DNA of 64,000 nt from Syntrophaceae bacterium (lineage in GTDB: Bacteria; Desulfobacterota; Syntrophia; Syntrophales; Smithellaceae): NCBI GenBank assembly GCA_018436925.1, contig JAHDKI010000001.1, positions 128,098 through 192,097 on the forward strand, given 5' to 3'. The translations under genes and the position numbers were made by a program. Position 1 is the stretch's first letter; the number at the start of each line of letters is the position of its first letter. The notes beneath the pieces were generated by a model. The model worked only from the letters and a program-made list of their open reading frames with translations, was not told the origin of the DNA and did no database searches. Shown piece after piece: positions 51,206-59,302 of this stretch.

Positions 51206-51234
51206 TACATAGGCAAAAAGTATAGAGGTGTCAA
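51206..51234 (-). promoter_or_regulatory. putative sigma-70 promoter dedicated to the precursor gene
   Basis: TTGACA-17 bp-TATGTA immediately after the cyclase stop codon. Confidence 0.55.
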
Positions 51235-51235
51235 T

Positions 51236-53200
51236 TTATTTTTTGGGGGAGGCGCGAAGTTGGTCATCGGATAGCGCTTGATCCGAGCAAAAGGAAGCTG
51301 TCATCAGAAAATATCCGGTGTTCATGGCACGTAAAAAAGCACTCGTATCTGCAGGGTGTGCTGATGGGGCTGCTTGAAATGACGCCCAGATATGTCTCAT
51401 ATCCTTGATATTCAAGTATTTTAATATGGAAGAAGCGGTTTCTAATTGCTCCAATGCCTCTTCCGCTTCTTTTTTATGCGCAATAAGTCTTTTAAAAATG
51501 TCTGCCGATTGCTGACCACGACTTGTATTCCAGCATATCTCATCGGGAAGAATACCCTCCATTGCTTTACGAATCAGCATACGCTGGCCGCCTTGAAGCA
51601 TCATTTGATCATGGGGAAGACCGATACAAAATTCCAATAAGCGGATATCTGCCGTTGGATCAAGGATTGCCATATTGAAATGAGATGCCAATGTATTCCA
51701 GAAAGGTCCCACATATGTGCCGTTTCGTATCATAGTGGCGTGCCTTTCCGTTAAGGGATCCATTGGTTTTGATTGGACATTAAACCTTGAGTTTTCCATT
51801 AAGCCCAAACGTTTGATGAAATCTCTTTGAGGATAAGAATAATTAAGCGTTTTTCCTGGGGAGAAATATTGTCGGTATTGCGATAAAAAAGGCAAAAAAA
51901 GAGGTCGTAATATTTGACTTTTTATTGCTCTGAACCACGAAAAATTTCGTTGTTTACGCCAATTAGACAGTGCCCTTAAAGTTTCTAACAAGTGATTTTG
52001 AGTAAGAAGATAGAATATCCGGTCAGATCCGCCGCTCCATGAGATTCCGCCATTACCTAATTGTCCTGTAAGCAGAATACCGATATTGCGGCGTTTAGCA
52101 TTTTCAAGCATGGAGAGAATCCAAAACATATTGGCGGCGGCATGTTGAGGCATGTGGAATATTCTCAGGCTCGCTTTTATGGCTTCGATCGGTGTGATAT
52201 CGTCGCCGGGAATTGCAACATGTTCGACATTTTTATATTTTTCTGCAAGTTCATGAGCAAGAGGCCATTCATTTGCAATTTTTCCTGGAAAGTATTCTTC
52301 TGCTGGATAGACGGGAACTGAGGTAAAAGCGAAAATGCGGTCTCCCTTTTTCTGAAGTGCTTCGGCAGCCAATGCCGTTACAGCGCTTGAATCTAGGCCT
52401 GCGCTGAGTGTCGAACCGACAGGCCGGATGGAATTGAGGCGCACTCGGACAGCTCGACGAAAATGATCAAGGAATCCTTCCAGGTATGCTTCGTCCGACT
52501 TGAAGAATGTTGGTGACACGTTGTCCATCCGCCAGAAGTTATCGATATGCTTGTCGGAGTTCTGAAGAACGACAGCATGAGCTGCTGGAAGTAAACGGAC
52601 ACCTCGCCAAAAAGTTCTCGAATAATCTTTACCCATAAGATCATAGCCAAGATTTTGCGCGAGGTGAAGCTCATCAAGCGCCCGTGGAACGTCGAGCTGC
52701 GCGAGAACCGCTTGAATGCTTGACGCGAAGACGAGAAGCGGCGGTTTGAAGTAATAATAAAGTCCTGTGTTGCCCAGGTGATCACGGGCCAGAATAAGCT
52801 TTCGGTCGAGTTCATGCCAGGCGGCAAAAGACCAGTCGCCGTAAAGCTTTTTACAGGCGTCCCGCCCCCATTTTTTGTATGCCAGATATGCCAGGCGGCC
52901 GTCGGACGTCACCGGCCTTTCGGGATGCGGGATAGAGAAATAATCGCAAAGCTCATCGCGGTTGTCCAGGCGCGCCGCGGCGGTGAACGTGATCTTTTCT
53001 TCTTCATCCCGGAAGGGCATTTTTTCAAAGCGGGATTCGTGCGTGACGATCAATAAGGCATGGCCGAGCGCCGCGCTTCCTGCCGTGATCGTATGAAGTC
53101 CGTCCGGTCCCCATCCGGCCATCTGCTCCGCCATCGGCTGCAGATCATCACGCGAAACCGGTCGTCCGTCTAGATTTGCAAAGCCGAAAATCCCGCTCAA
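51236..53200 (-). CDS. lasso cyclase (asparagine synthetase-like C protein)
   Basis: TTG start after AGGAGG; MSGIFG lacks the N-terminal Cys of AsnB; ARLDNRDEL, ARDHLG, LSAGLDSS, LLTGQLGNG, RDP-like LDPTADIRLLEFC. Confidence 0.9.
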   Translation of the reverse strand: MSGIFGFANLDGRPVSRDDLQPMAEQMAGWGPDGLHTITAGSAALGHALLIVTHESRFEKMPFRDEEEKITFTAAARLDNRDELCDYFSIPHPERPVTSDGRLAYLAYKKWGRDACKKLYGDWSFAAWHELDRKLILARDHLGNTGLYYYFKPPLLVFASSIQAVLAQLDVPRALDELHLAQNLGYDLMGKDYSRTFWRGVRLLPAAHAVVLQNSDKHIDNFWRMDNVSPTFFKSDEAYLEGFLDHFRRAVRVRLNSIRPVGSTLSAGLDSSAVTALAAEALQKKGDRIFAFTSVPVYPAEEYFPGKIANEWPLAHELAEKYKNVEHVAIPGDDITPIEAIKASLRIFHMPQHAAANMFWILSMLENAKRRNIGILLTGQLGNGGISWSGGSDRIFYLLTQNHLLETLRALSNWRKQRNFSWFRAIKSQILRPLFLPFLSQYRQYFSPGKTLNYSYPQRDFIKRLGLMENSRFNVQSKPMDPLTERHATMIRNGTYVGPFWNTLASHFNMAILDPTADIRLLEFCIGLPHDQMMLQGGQRMLIRKAMEGILPDEICWNTSRGQQSADIFKRLIAHKKEAEEALEQLETASSILKYLNIKDMRHIWASFQAAPSAHPADTSAFLRAMNTGYFLMTASFCSDQALSDDQLRASPKK

Positions 53201-53253
53201 GTTCTGCCTCCTGAAAACCCCGTTTGAAAACCAGCCTTGGGGCTGCCTATCCT

Positions 53254-53532
53254 TTATTCCACGAAAATCAGATTGCGTTTTTCCAGATCGTTCAAAAAAG
53301 GCAGGACGTCGGCCGCGCATTGTTCGGCAGACACGTCATATTCGGCGCAAAGCTCCCGGCAGAGCTCCTCCACCGAAATTTTCGCATCGAGCTTTTTCCA
53401 GACTGCCGCCGCGATGGAATTAAAACCGTAATACTTGCCCGCCTCGACATCGAGCATGACCAGTTCGTCATCCACCGGCGCCTCAACCGGCGTTTTTTTG
53501 CGAAGAATAGAATTTTGCATGGATACGGCCAT
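53254..53532 (-). CDS. PqqD-family RiPP recognition element (lasso B1)
   Basis: VDDELVMLDVEAGKYYGFNSIAAAVW...EYDVSAEQCAADV..FLNDL. Confidence 0.92.
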   Translation of the reverse strand: MAVSMQNSILRKKTPVEAPVDDELVMLDVEAGKYYGFNSIAAAVWKKLDAKISVEELCRELCAEYDVSAEQCAADVLPFLNDLEKRNLIFVE

Positions 53533-53717
53533 CGTGATGACTCCATTTGTTTATAAAATTCGCCCCGATAAAGGTGCGTTGGGATATCTTCACCCGCTTG
53601 CGGATGACGTTTCAGACAAAGCATAAAAAGTGGCAAAGATCAAAGAATAGATCCATCTCAACTTGCACCCTATAACCCCGAATTTTGCACCATCCTGGAA
53701 TATGAAACCCTCAGGCT

Positions 53718-54215
53718 TTATCGGGTGTGAAATTCGTGAATCAGGATGGCCTCGCGAAGATACGATTGCGGATACTCTCTGAAGTCTTTCTCGCCAAAGC
53801 CCAGTTTTTCAAACCAGGCTTTGAGGTCAAGGTCTTCGACCATCACGCCGGCGTGGACGCGCTTTGCGCCAAGGCGCTGCGCTTCAGTAAGGCCATGGCG
53901 TACGAGCATTGCGCCAAATCCCTGCCGTCTGAATTCGTCCGATACGGCCAGCTGCGCTAAAGCGCAAACCTCGCTGCTGACATGCTCAAGCGCAACGGCG
54001 CCCGCCGGTGTGTCATTGTGTTCGAGAAGATAATAAACCACGCCGCGATTCAGATCCCGAAAAATCCAGTCGGGCCGGCAGTTGGACGGATGGCGGAGGG
54101 CATTTCGACAGTCAAGCCCGAAACGTTCGGCTTGATCCGCAAACGCTTCTGAAATCAGGCCGGACAGGGTTTCAGCGTCCCGGCTGTCGCATTTCCGAAT
54201 GTCGCCTTCCTTCAC
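53718..54215 (-). CDS. GNAT family N-acetyltransferase
   Basis: LAVSDEFRRQGFGAMLV acetyl-CoA motif, WFEKLGF. Confidence 0.85.
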   Translation of the reverse strand: MKEGDIRKCDSRDAETLSGLISEAFADQAERFGLDCRNALRHPSNCRPDWIFRDLNRGVVYYLLEHNDTPAGAVALEHVSSEVCALAQLAVSDEFRRQGFGAMLVRHGLTEAQRLGAKRVHAGVMVEDLDLKAWFEKLGFGEKDFREYPQSYLREAILIHEFHTR

Positions 54216-54359
54216 GGGGTGCGTCCCTCCTGTTTTTGGTGACGCATTTTAGCACAGGTGTGGAGTTTGTGAAATATCTTGAAGGAAAGCCGATTGTGTG
54301 TCAAATCTCGTGCCGTACCTTCGAATGCTTTCGCCAATGCTTTGCGGGGGATGCCCGAT

Positions 54360-55613
54360 ATGACTTTTTTGGACAGCGCCGCCTTGTCTTCCTATATCGT
54401 CCTTTTTGCGTTTTATGCCTTCCTGGGATGGCTTTTGGAGGTCGCCTACCGATCTTATAAAAATAAACGATTCATCAATGCAGGGTTTCTTTTCGGTCCG
54501 TTTCTTCCCATCTATGCTGCGGGGGCATTTTTTGTTCTTGCACTGGATCATCTTTTGCAGATCTGGCCCTGGTTTCTTCGGTTTCTTGTGTTTGCCGCGG
54601 CTGTGACCGCTCTGGAGTATCTGGTCGGCTTTTTTTCGGAGAAGCTCTTCAAACTGAAGCTTTGGGACTATTCGGAAAACCGCTTCAATATTCAGGGCCG
54701 CGTATGTCTGCGATTTTCTCTGTTATGGGCCGCGCTGGTATTGATTTTCGTCTTGGTTATCCACCCGGCGGTTCTCGGATGGACGGACGGATTGGATGAA
54801 GGCTTTTTGAAAGTCGGCGCTGTTTTGTTTGCCGTTTATATTGCGACCGACGCCACTTTCTCTGTCTTGTCGCTTGCGGCCTTTCGCCGGAAGGTTGCCT
54901 ACCTCTACACCGAGTATGTCAACCTCAGCAATGTTGAAGTAGAACGTCTGCTGGGGTCGATCCGTCGGCTTCGCGAGGCCTTCCCCGATCTGAACAAGTA
55001 CATTCGCAACAGCATTGATAAAAGTATCAAGGACCGCATTCAATCCCTGCTCAAACCGATTCAGAAAAAGATTATTCTGGAAATGCAAGGCAGAAAGCCG
55101 TTTGAGAAAGAATATTACGATCTGATCGGGGACATCTGCGAACATGAAGAATTTCTGAAATTAAAAGAGTATTTTCATCATAATTCGTCGATCTATCACC
55201 ACGTCCATGATGTGGCGTACCTGGCCTATCGGATCAGCAAATATCTGAAGCTTGATTACCGGTCGGCCACGCGCGGTGCGCTGCTGCACGATTTTTTCCT
55301 CTACGACTGGCGCAACCATGATGTGCCGGATCTGCCCAGAGAAAAGTTTCACGGCCTGGAACATCCGAAAATCGCCGTGGCCAATGCGAAAAGGCATTTT
55401 TCTCTAAACGATATTGAAGAGGATATTATCCGCAAGCACATGTGGCCGCTCACGCTTGTGCCGCCGAAATACAAAGAGTCGTTCATCGTCTCTTTTGCCG
55501 ACAAGTATCTGTCGTCAAAAGAATTTCTGAATGAATATAAAAAGAGGATTCATTTGCAGGCCCGCAAAATCACGGGTCGGGATCAAAAGAAACATCCTGA
55601 AAACAGCTGTTGA
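54360..55613 (+). CDS. putative ABC-permease-like membrane domain fused to HD-domain phosphohydrolase
   Basis: YAFLGWLLEV, GFLFGPFLPIY, WDYS..FNIQGRVCL; C-terminal RGALLHDFFLYDW, HPKIA, KHMWPLT, ADK. Confidence 0.8.
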   Translation: MTFLDSAALSSYIVLFAFYAFLGWLLEVAYRSYKNKRFINAGFLFGPFLPIYAAGAFFVLALDHLLQIWPWFLRFLVFAAAVTALEYLVGFFSEKLFKLKLWDYSENRFNIQGRVCLRFSLLWAALVLIFVLVIHPAVLGWTDGLDEGFLKVGAVLFAVYIATDATFSVLSLAAFRRKVAYLYTEYVNLSNVEVERLLGSIRRLREAFPDLNKYIRNSIDKSIKDRIQSLLKPIQKKIILEMQGRKPFEKEYYDLIGDICEHEEFLKLKEYFHHNSSIYHHVHDVAYLAYRISKYLKLDYRSATRGALLHDFFLYDWRNHDVPDLPREKFHGLEHPKIAVANAKRHFSLNDIEEDIIRKHMWPLTLVPPKYKESFIVSFADKYLSSKEFLNEYKKRIHLQARKITGRDQKKHPENSC

Positions 55614-55768
55614 CAGGTTGCTGGGTCTTGCGCTGCGGCGGGAGAAGCGAACAAAAACCATACGATGGGCCGTAAGGCCCGAAAGCGAGAGTTTTCCTTG
55701 TTCCGAAAAGGTCCCCTCCGGGGATGAAAGTAAAAGTTTTCCTGCGCTTTCTGCGACAGAATAAAAAT

Positions 55769-55792
55769 GAGGATGACCGGCCGGTCATCCTC
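55769..55792. terminator. perfect 24-bp palindrome, likely terminator for dodecin gene
   Basis: GAGGATGACCGGCCGGTCATCCTC preceded by AAAAAT (T-tract on minus strand). Confidence 0.65.
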
Positions 55793-55810
55793 TGAGATGA
55801 TGCCAGATCC

Positions 55811-56068
55811 TTATTCGAGCGACCGTTTTCCCTTCAGGACGGTGGCGCGGTCTTCGAGCATGCGCTCTTTGTCGTATTTGAAAGAGACGCTCAGTTTGGC
55901 GCGGTATTCGATCACCTTGCCTTTGTCCACCTTCATGTCGAGTTCTTTGACTTCGGCAATCCGGATATCTTCCAGGGTTTTCGCCGCGGTTTCAACCGCG
56001 CTGGCCGCCGCGTCTTCCCACGACTTCTTGCTTCTGCCGATGATTTCGATGACCTTGTAAACGCTCAT
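55811..56068 (-). CDS. dodecin family protein
   Basis: SVYKVIEIIG.S.KSWEDAA, EYRAKLSVSFKY; AGGAGG RBS. Confidence 0.9.
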   Translation of the reverse strand: MSVYKVIEIIGRSKKSWEDAAASAVETAAKTLEDIRIAEVKELDMKVDKGKVIEYRAKLSVSFKYDKERMLEDRATVLKGKRSLE

Positions 56069-56149
56069 GAATCGCCTCCTCGTTCAAGATAGTGATGTGC
56101 GTTTCTAACACAACTCAAAGCCAAAGTTAAGCAGGGATTCCTTGTTTTT

Positions 56150-56755
56150 TTAAGCCTTGCCGCCGAAAATCCTGCCGATATCCTGCTTTACGAATGCCAG
56201 CCAGCTTTTTCGCTCATCGAGTGCGCTGGTGACCAGGATGTTGAACATCCGGCGGTGAAAAACGTTGATCCCGCATAAACCGAAAATGCAGTTCTTCCAT
56301 ATCGTTTCCAGCGGATCGCCGAAAACGTCGCGCTCGCGCTGGGATGCGGTGTTTGACGTGTTGTAGACGATTGCCGCTTGGGCCTTGAGCAGTCCGCGCG
56401 GGACGCCTTCGCCCAAGTCGCCTTCTTGGAATTCATAAGCCAGGCCCGGTCGGATCACTCGATCCACCCAGCCCTTCAAGATGGCGGGCGGCTGTCCCCA
56501 CCAATTCGGATGCACGATGATGATGCCGTCGGCCTCGGCGATCTCATCGCAATGGTTTTGGAGGTCGGCAGGCAGAGGGGCGCCTTTGGGAATTTCTTCT
56601 TTGATAAGCAGCGGATCGAAGTTTTCCCGGTACAGATCATGAAAAAACACCTGATGCCCATTGGCGCCGGCGGCGTCGACGGCAGCCCCGGCGATGGCGG
56701 CATTGAAGCTTTTCGGATCCGGGTGCGCAAGGATGATCGAGATTCGCATAAGCAT
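56150..56755 (-). CDS. NAD(P)H-dependent oxidoreductase (flavodoxin-like fold)
   Basis: ILAHPDPKSFN, DLYRENFDP, HPNWWGQPPAILKGWVDRV. Confidence 0.9.
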   Translation of the reverse strand: MLMRISIILAHPDPKSFNAAIAGAAVDAAGANGHQVFFHDLYRENFDPLLIKEEIPKGAPLPADLQNHCDEIAEADGIIIVHPNWWGQPPAILKGWVDRVIRPGLAYEFQEGDLGEGVPRGLLKAQAAIVYNTSNTASQRERDVFGDPLETIWKNCIFGLCGINVFHRRMFNILVTSALDERKSWLAFVKQDIGRIFGGKA

Positions 56756-56840
56756 ATTTTCCTTCCGTTATACCGGTGCATGCGCGAATGATCAGAAGGT
56801 CACGTCAGCGCGTGCAATTCGGCATCCAGTCTGTGGGAGT

Positions 56841-57716
56841 CTATCTATCATCAACCCGGCCGACGAGCAATGGAGATTGAAAATGATGCGACAACCGGTT
56901 TGTCCGGATTTGCTGCGGAGCGGCGTTGGCATAGCAATATAGACAACCGTGCGCGCAGGTGTTGTAGGCGCCGATATCGACGCTCGCGACGCAGCCGCAG
57001 GCCTTTCGCTGATGCTTGTCTTTGGGCAGGCGAAGCGGCTTGCCGGAGATGGCCGACATCAGCGCATCGTCGATGCAGCGGCCGTGTTCAATGCCGCATG
57101 CGGATAGGTCGATTTGTTCCGCGCAGGTTTCCAGCGTCATTCCGAACGACGCGGCGATGTGTGAAAGCGTTTTTCCCAAAAGGCGCATTTCGTGTTCTTT
57201 CAGTGCGCGGACGGCAAGCGGTGTCAGTTTTTTTTCAATGTGTCGATACAGGTCAATAAAGCTGATTACGCATTGTCCCGTAAACCCGGCCAATTGCCGG
57301 GCCAGAACGGTGAAGGAATGTTCGTGATAAGACAATCCGATGTCTTGAGAAAATAGAATCGGGTCGTAGCGCCAGATGACGCGGTGCGGGCCGATGTAGT
57401 CGGAAAGTCTGCGAAACGTATCCAGGCGTTCCGAGCGCGGCGGCAGATTCGGTTCCAATTCCCGGCCGTAAGGCGTAAGCGTATATTGGAAATAAAATGG
57501 GTGGTCGGCAAGGAGATCAAGCTTATCCAGCATCGGAGCCGGATTTCTGCTCCAGAAGACGAAACCGTCCACATCCTCCGGCAGAAGCGAAACGGTTCTG
57601 ATCTGCCGGGGATTTCTGGGATTGCGGACTTCAACAAACCCCGCCTGCAGCCGTTTAAAAAACCACTCGCTGTAAAATGCGGGGACGTCCGTTCTGCGGC
57701 TGCAACTGATGATCAT
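56841..57716 (-). CDS. DUF1848 domain protein
   Basis: MIISCSRRTDVPAFYSEW, WRYDPI, CGCVASVDIGAYNTCAHGCLYCYAN. Confidence 0.9.
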   Translation of the reverse strand: MIISCSRRTDVPAFYSEWFFKRLQAGFVEVRNPRNPRQIRTVSLLPEDVDGFVFWSRNPAPMLDKLDLLADHPFYFQYTLTPYGRELEPNLPPRSERLDTFRRLSDYIGPHRVIWRYDPILFSQDIGLSYHEHSFTVLARQLAGFTGQCVISFIDLYRHIEKKLTPLAVRALKEHEMRLLGKTLSHIAASFGMTLETCAEQIDLSACGIEHGRCIDDALMSAISGKPLRLPKDKHQRKACGCVASVDIGAYNTCAHGCLYCYANAAPQQIRTNRLSHHFQSPLLVGRVDDR

Positions 57717-57809
57717 GATGGGAAACGTTCCCCCTGTTGAGGCATTTCTTCATTGAATCCTGAGCCCGACATTGCGGCGAATGGATTTTTGCAGGTCGGC
57801 GCTGCGCGT

Positions 57810-57843
57810 AAAAAAAGCCCCGCCAATAAATGAAGGCCGGGGC
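57810..57843 (-). terminator. probable terminator after CsgG-lipoprotein operon
   Basis: Imperfect GCCCCG..CC / GG..CGGGGC stem with T7 tail on minus strand. Confidence 0.5.
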
Positions 57844-57874
57844 GTTATATAGGCACATCCTTCTTTCCGATAAG

Positions 57875-58546
57875 TCAGTTCTTCTGTGATTCCGCCGTGA
57901 CATAGGGTCCCGGAGGGATTCCGTCACCCGGATAATACAAAAAGGCGCGGCTGTTGGCCTGGCGAGCCAGCGGCATGTAGTTCGGCGCGGCCTTTTCAAC
58001 CGCTGCGACGACCGCTTTCACGACCAGGTGCGCGATCAGTCCGGCTGCGCCGCCTCCGGCGCCGGGGCTTCCGGCATCCGGCGTGTAGACCATTTGCACC
58101 CGATTGTCCCATAGAAGCTCGTCCGTTTTTCCATCTCGGATCTGATAATACACGGCAACGGTGGTTGTGGTTTGCAAAACCGCATATCGCGCATCCCATC
58201 GTTCGACCACCACATAGAGAACGACATCCGCGCCGAAAAGGTTGGCCAGTTTCGATGTCGGCGCGGTATGAACCAGCGAACTGTCCGCCAGTCCGTCGTC
58301 TTCCAGGACCCTTTTGACCGCGTTAATCGGGAAGACGTAATAGCCTCGCTCCGCCAGGGGCACGGTCAAGGTGGAAAGCATATAGTCGGCCGCGGTGACG
58401 TCAATGCTGTTATTCACCACGGGAACGATCAGAATGGATCGAGGCGCAGCCGAAAGAAATTTGTCTTGCTTGTTGAGTTCTTTGTGCGCACAGCCGCCAA
58501 GGGCACACAAAACCGCAATCAGGAATAAAAAAGTGATTTTTTTCAT
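57875..58546 (-). CDS. DUF799/GNA1162 family lipoprotein
   Basis: Lipobox LGGC, PRSILIVPVVN, PLAERGYYVFP, FGADVVLY, GPY. Confidence 0.85.
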   Translation of the reverse strand: MKKITFLFLIAVLCALGGCAHKELNKQDKFLSAAPRSILIVPVVNNSIDVTAADYMLSTLTVPLAERGYYVFPINAVKRVLEDDGLADSSLVHTAPTSKLANLFGADVVLYVVVERWDARYAVLQTTTTVAVYYQIRDGKTDELLWDNRVQMVYTPDAGSPGAGGGAAGLIAHLVVKAVVAAVEKAAPNYMPLARQANSRAFLYYPGDGIPPGPYVTAESQKN

Positions 58547-58986
58547 TTCAATCCCTCCGCGGACGACTTCTGCCTGTCTTTCTCAGCATGCATCAAGGTT
58601 TCGGGAGATGCCTCTGCATTTTCTTTCTGCGCGTGCGCGCGATTGCCGGCAATCGCGATCAATTTGGTCATAAACACTCTGGATTCAGGCCATTTGTCCG
58701 CTTCTTTCTTAAAATAGGCGATGGCTTCCTGATGATTGCCTTCTTCGTAGAGCGCAAAACCATATTCGGCGTAAATGCCGGGCGGGACTTTCCCTTCCGG
58801 TTCGGCTTCTTCGATGATCTCTTTCAATCCCTGCACAAAGGCTTCTCTCTGCGCCGGATTTTTGTAATGACTGTACATTTTGGTGTCGTAGTCGCACCAG
58901 TTGTAGCGGCTGTGAGCGACGCATCCCGTCATTGCGATCAAAAGCAGTAAAATCCCCGATACTTTTATCGATGCTCGCATGCGCAT
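58543..58986 (-). CDS. DUF4810 family lipoprotein
   Basis: Lipobox MTGC, Y.W..Y, VPPGIYAEYG, WPES..FM. Confidence 0.85.
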   Translation of the reverse strand: MRMRASIKVSGILLLLIAMTGCVAHSRYNWCDYDTKMYSHYKNPAQREAFVQGLKEIIEEAEPEGKVPPGIYAEYGFALYEEGNHQEAIAYFKKEADKWPESRVFMTKLIAIAGNRAHAQKENAEASPETLMHAEKDRQKSSAEGLK

Positions 58987-58996
58987 GGAGCCTCCC

Positions 58997-59302
58997 CTAG
59001 CGGATAATGATGGTTTTTAAAGAGCCTTCGACAAACACACGCTGTTCGTAAAGGACCTGGTTATTGAGCGTCACGCGGACCGTATGCGTGCCGGGTTCAA
59101 CAGCAAGCACTCTCGGTTCTCCGTTATACTGCGCGGCCGGGCCCATGTTGATGCCGTCGACGAAGAGGGTCGCTCCGTCCGGAGCGTTTTTGAAAGCCAG
59201 GGTCGGTCGATCGTCGACCGTTTTGACGGTTGTGGTCGGCATGGCGCAGGCGCACACAACAAAAACCAGGAACAGGGAAAGCAGGAAGAGCGTCTTTTTC
59301 AT
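58997..59302 (-). CDS. small lipoprotein, PEGA-like domain
   Basis: VCAC lipobox, APDGATLFVDG, VEPGTHTV. Confidence 0.75.
   Translation of the reverse strand: MKKTLFLLSLFLVFVVCACAMPTTTVKTVDDRPTLAFKNAPDGATLFVDGINMGPAAQYNGEPRVLAVEPGTHTVRVTLNNQVLYEQRVFVEGSLKTIIIR

Noticed and set aside
51236-53200. Housekeeping glutamine-dependent asparagine synthetase
   Set aside because: No N-terminal catalytic Cys, and it is flanked by RRE, precursor and B2 genes, so a lasso cyclase is the better call.
53718-54215. GNAT gene upstream of B1 as a fourth lasso tailoring enzyme
   Set aside because: The core has no Lys and its N-terminus would be consumed in the macrolactam; the gene is separated from B1 by about 185 bp and looks like a generic GNAT.
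55661-55686. Hammerhead ribozyme (GATG-stem-GAAA)
   Set aside because: The CUGAUGA core is absent (ACGAUGG instead), so it is kept only as an unassigned structured-RNA candidate.
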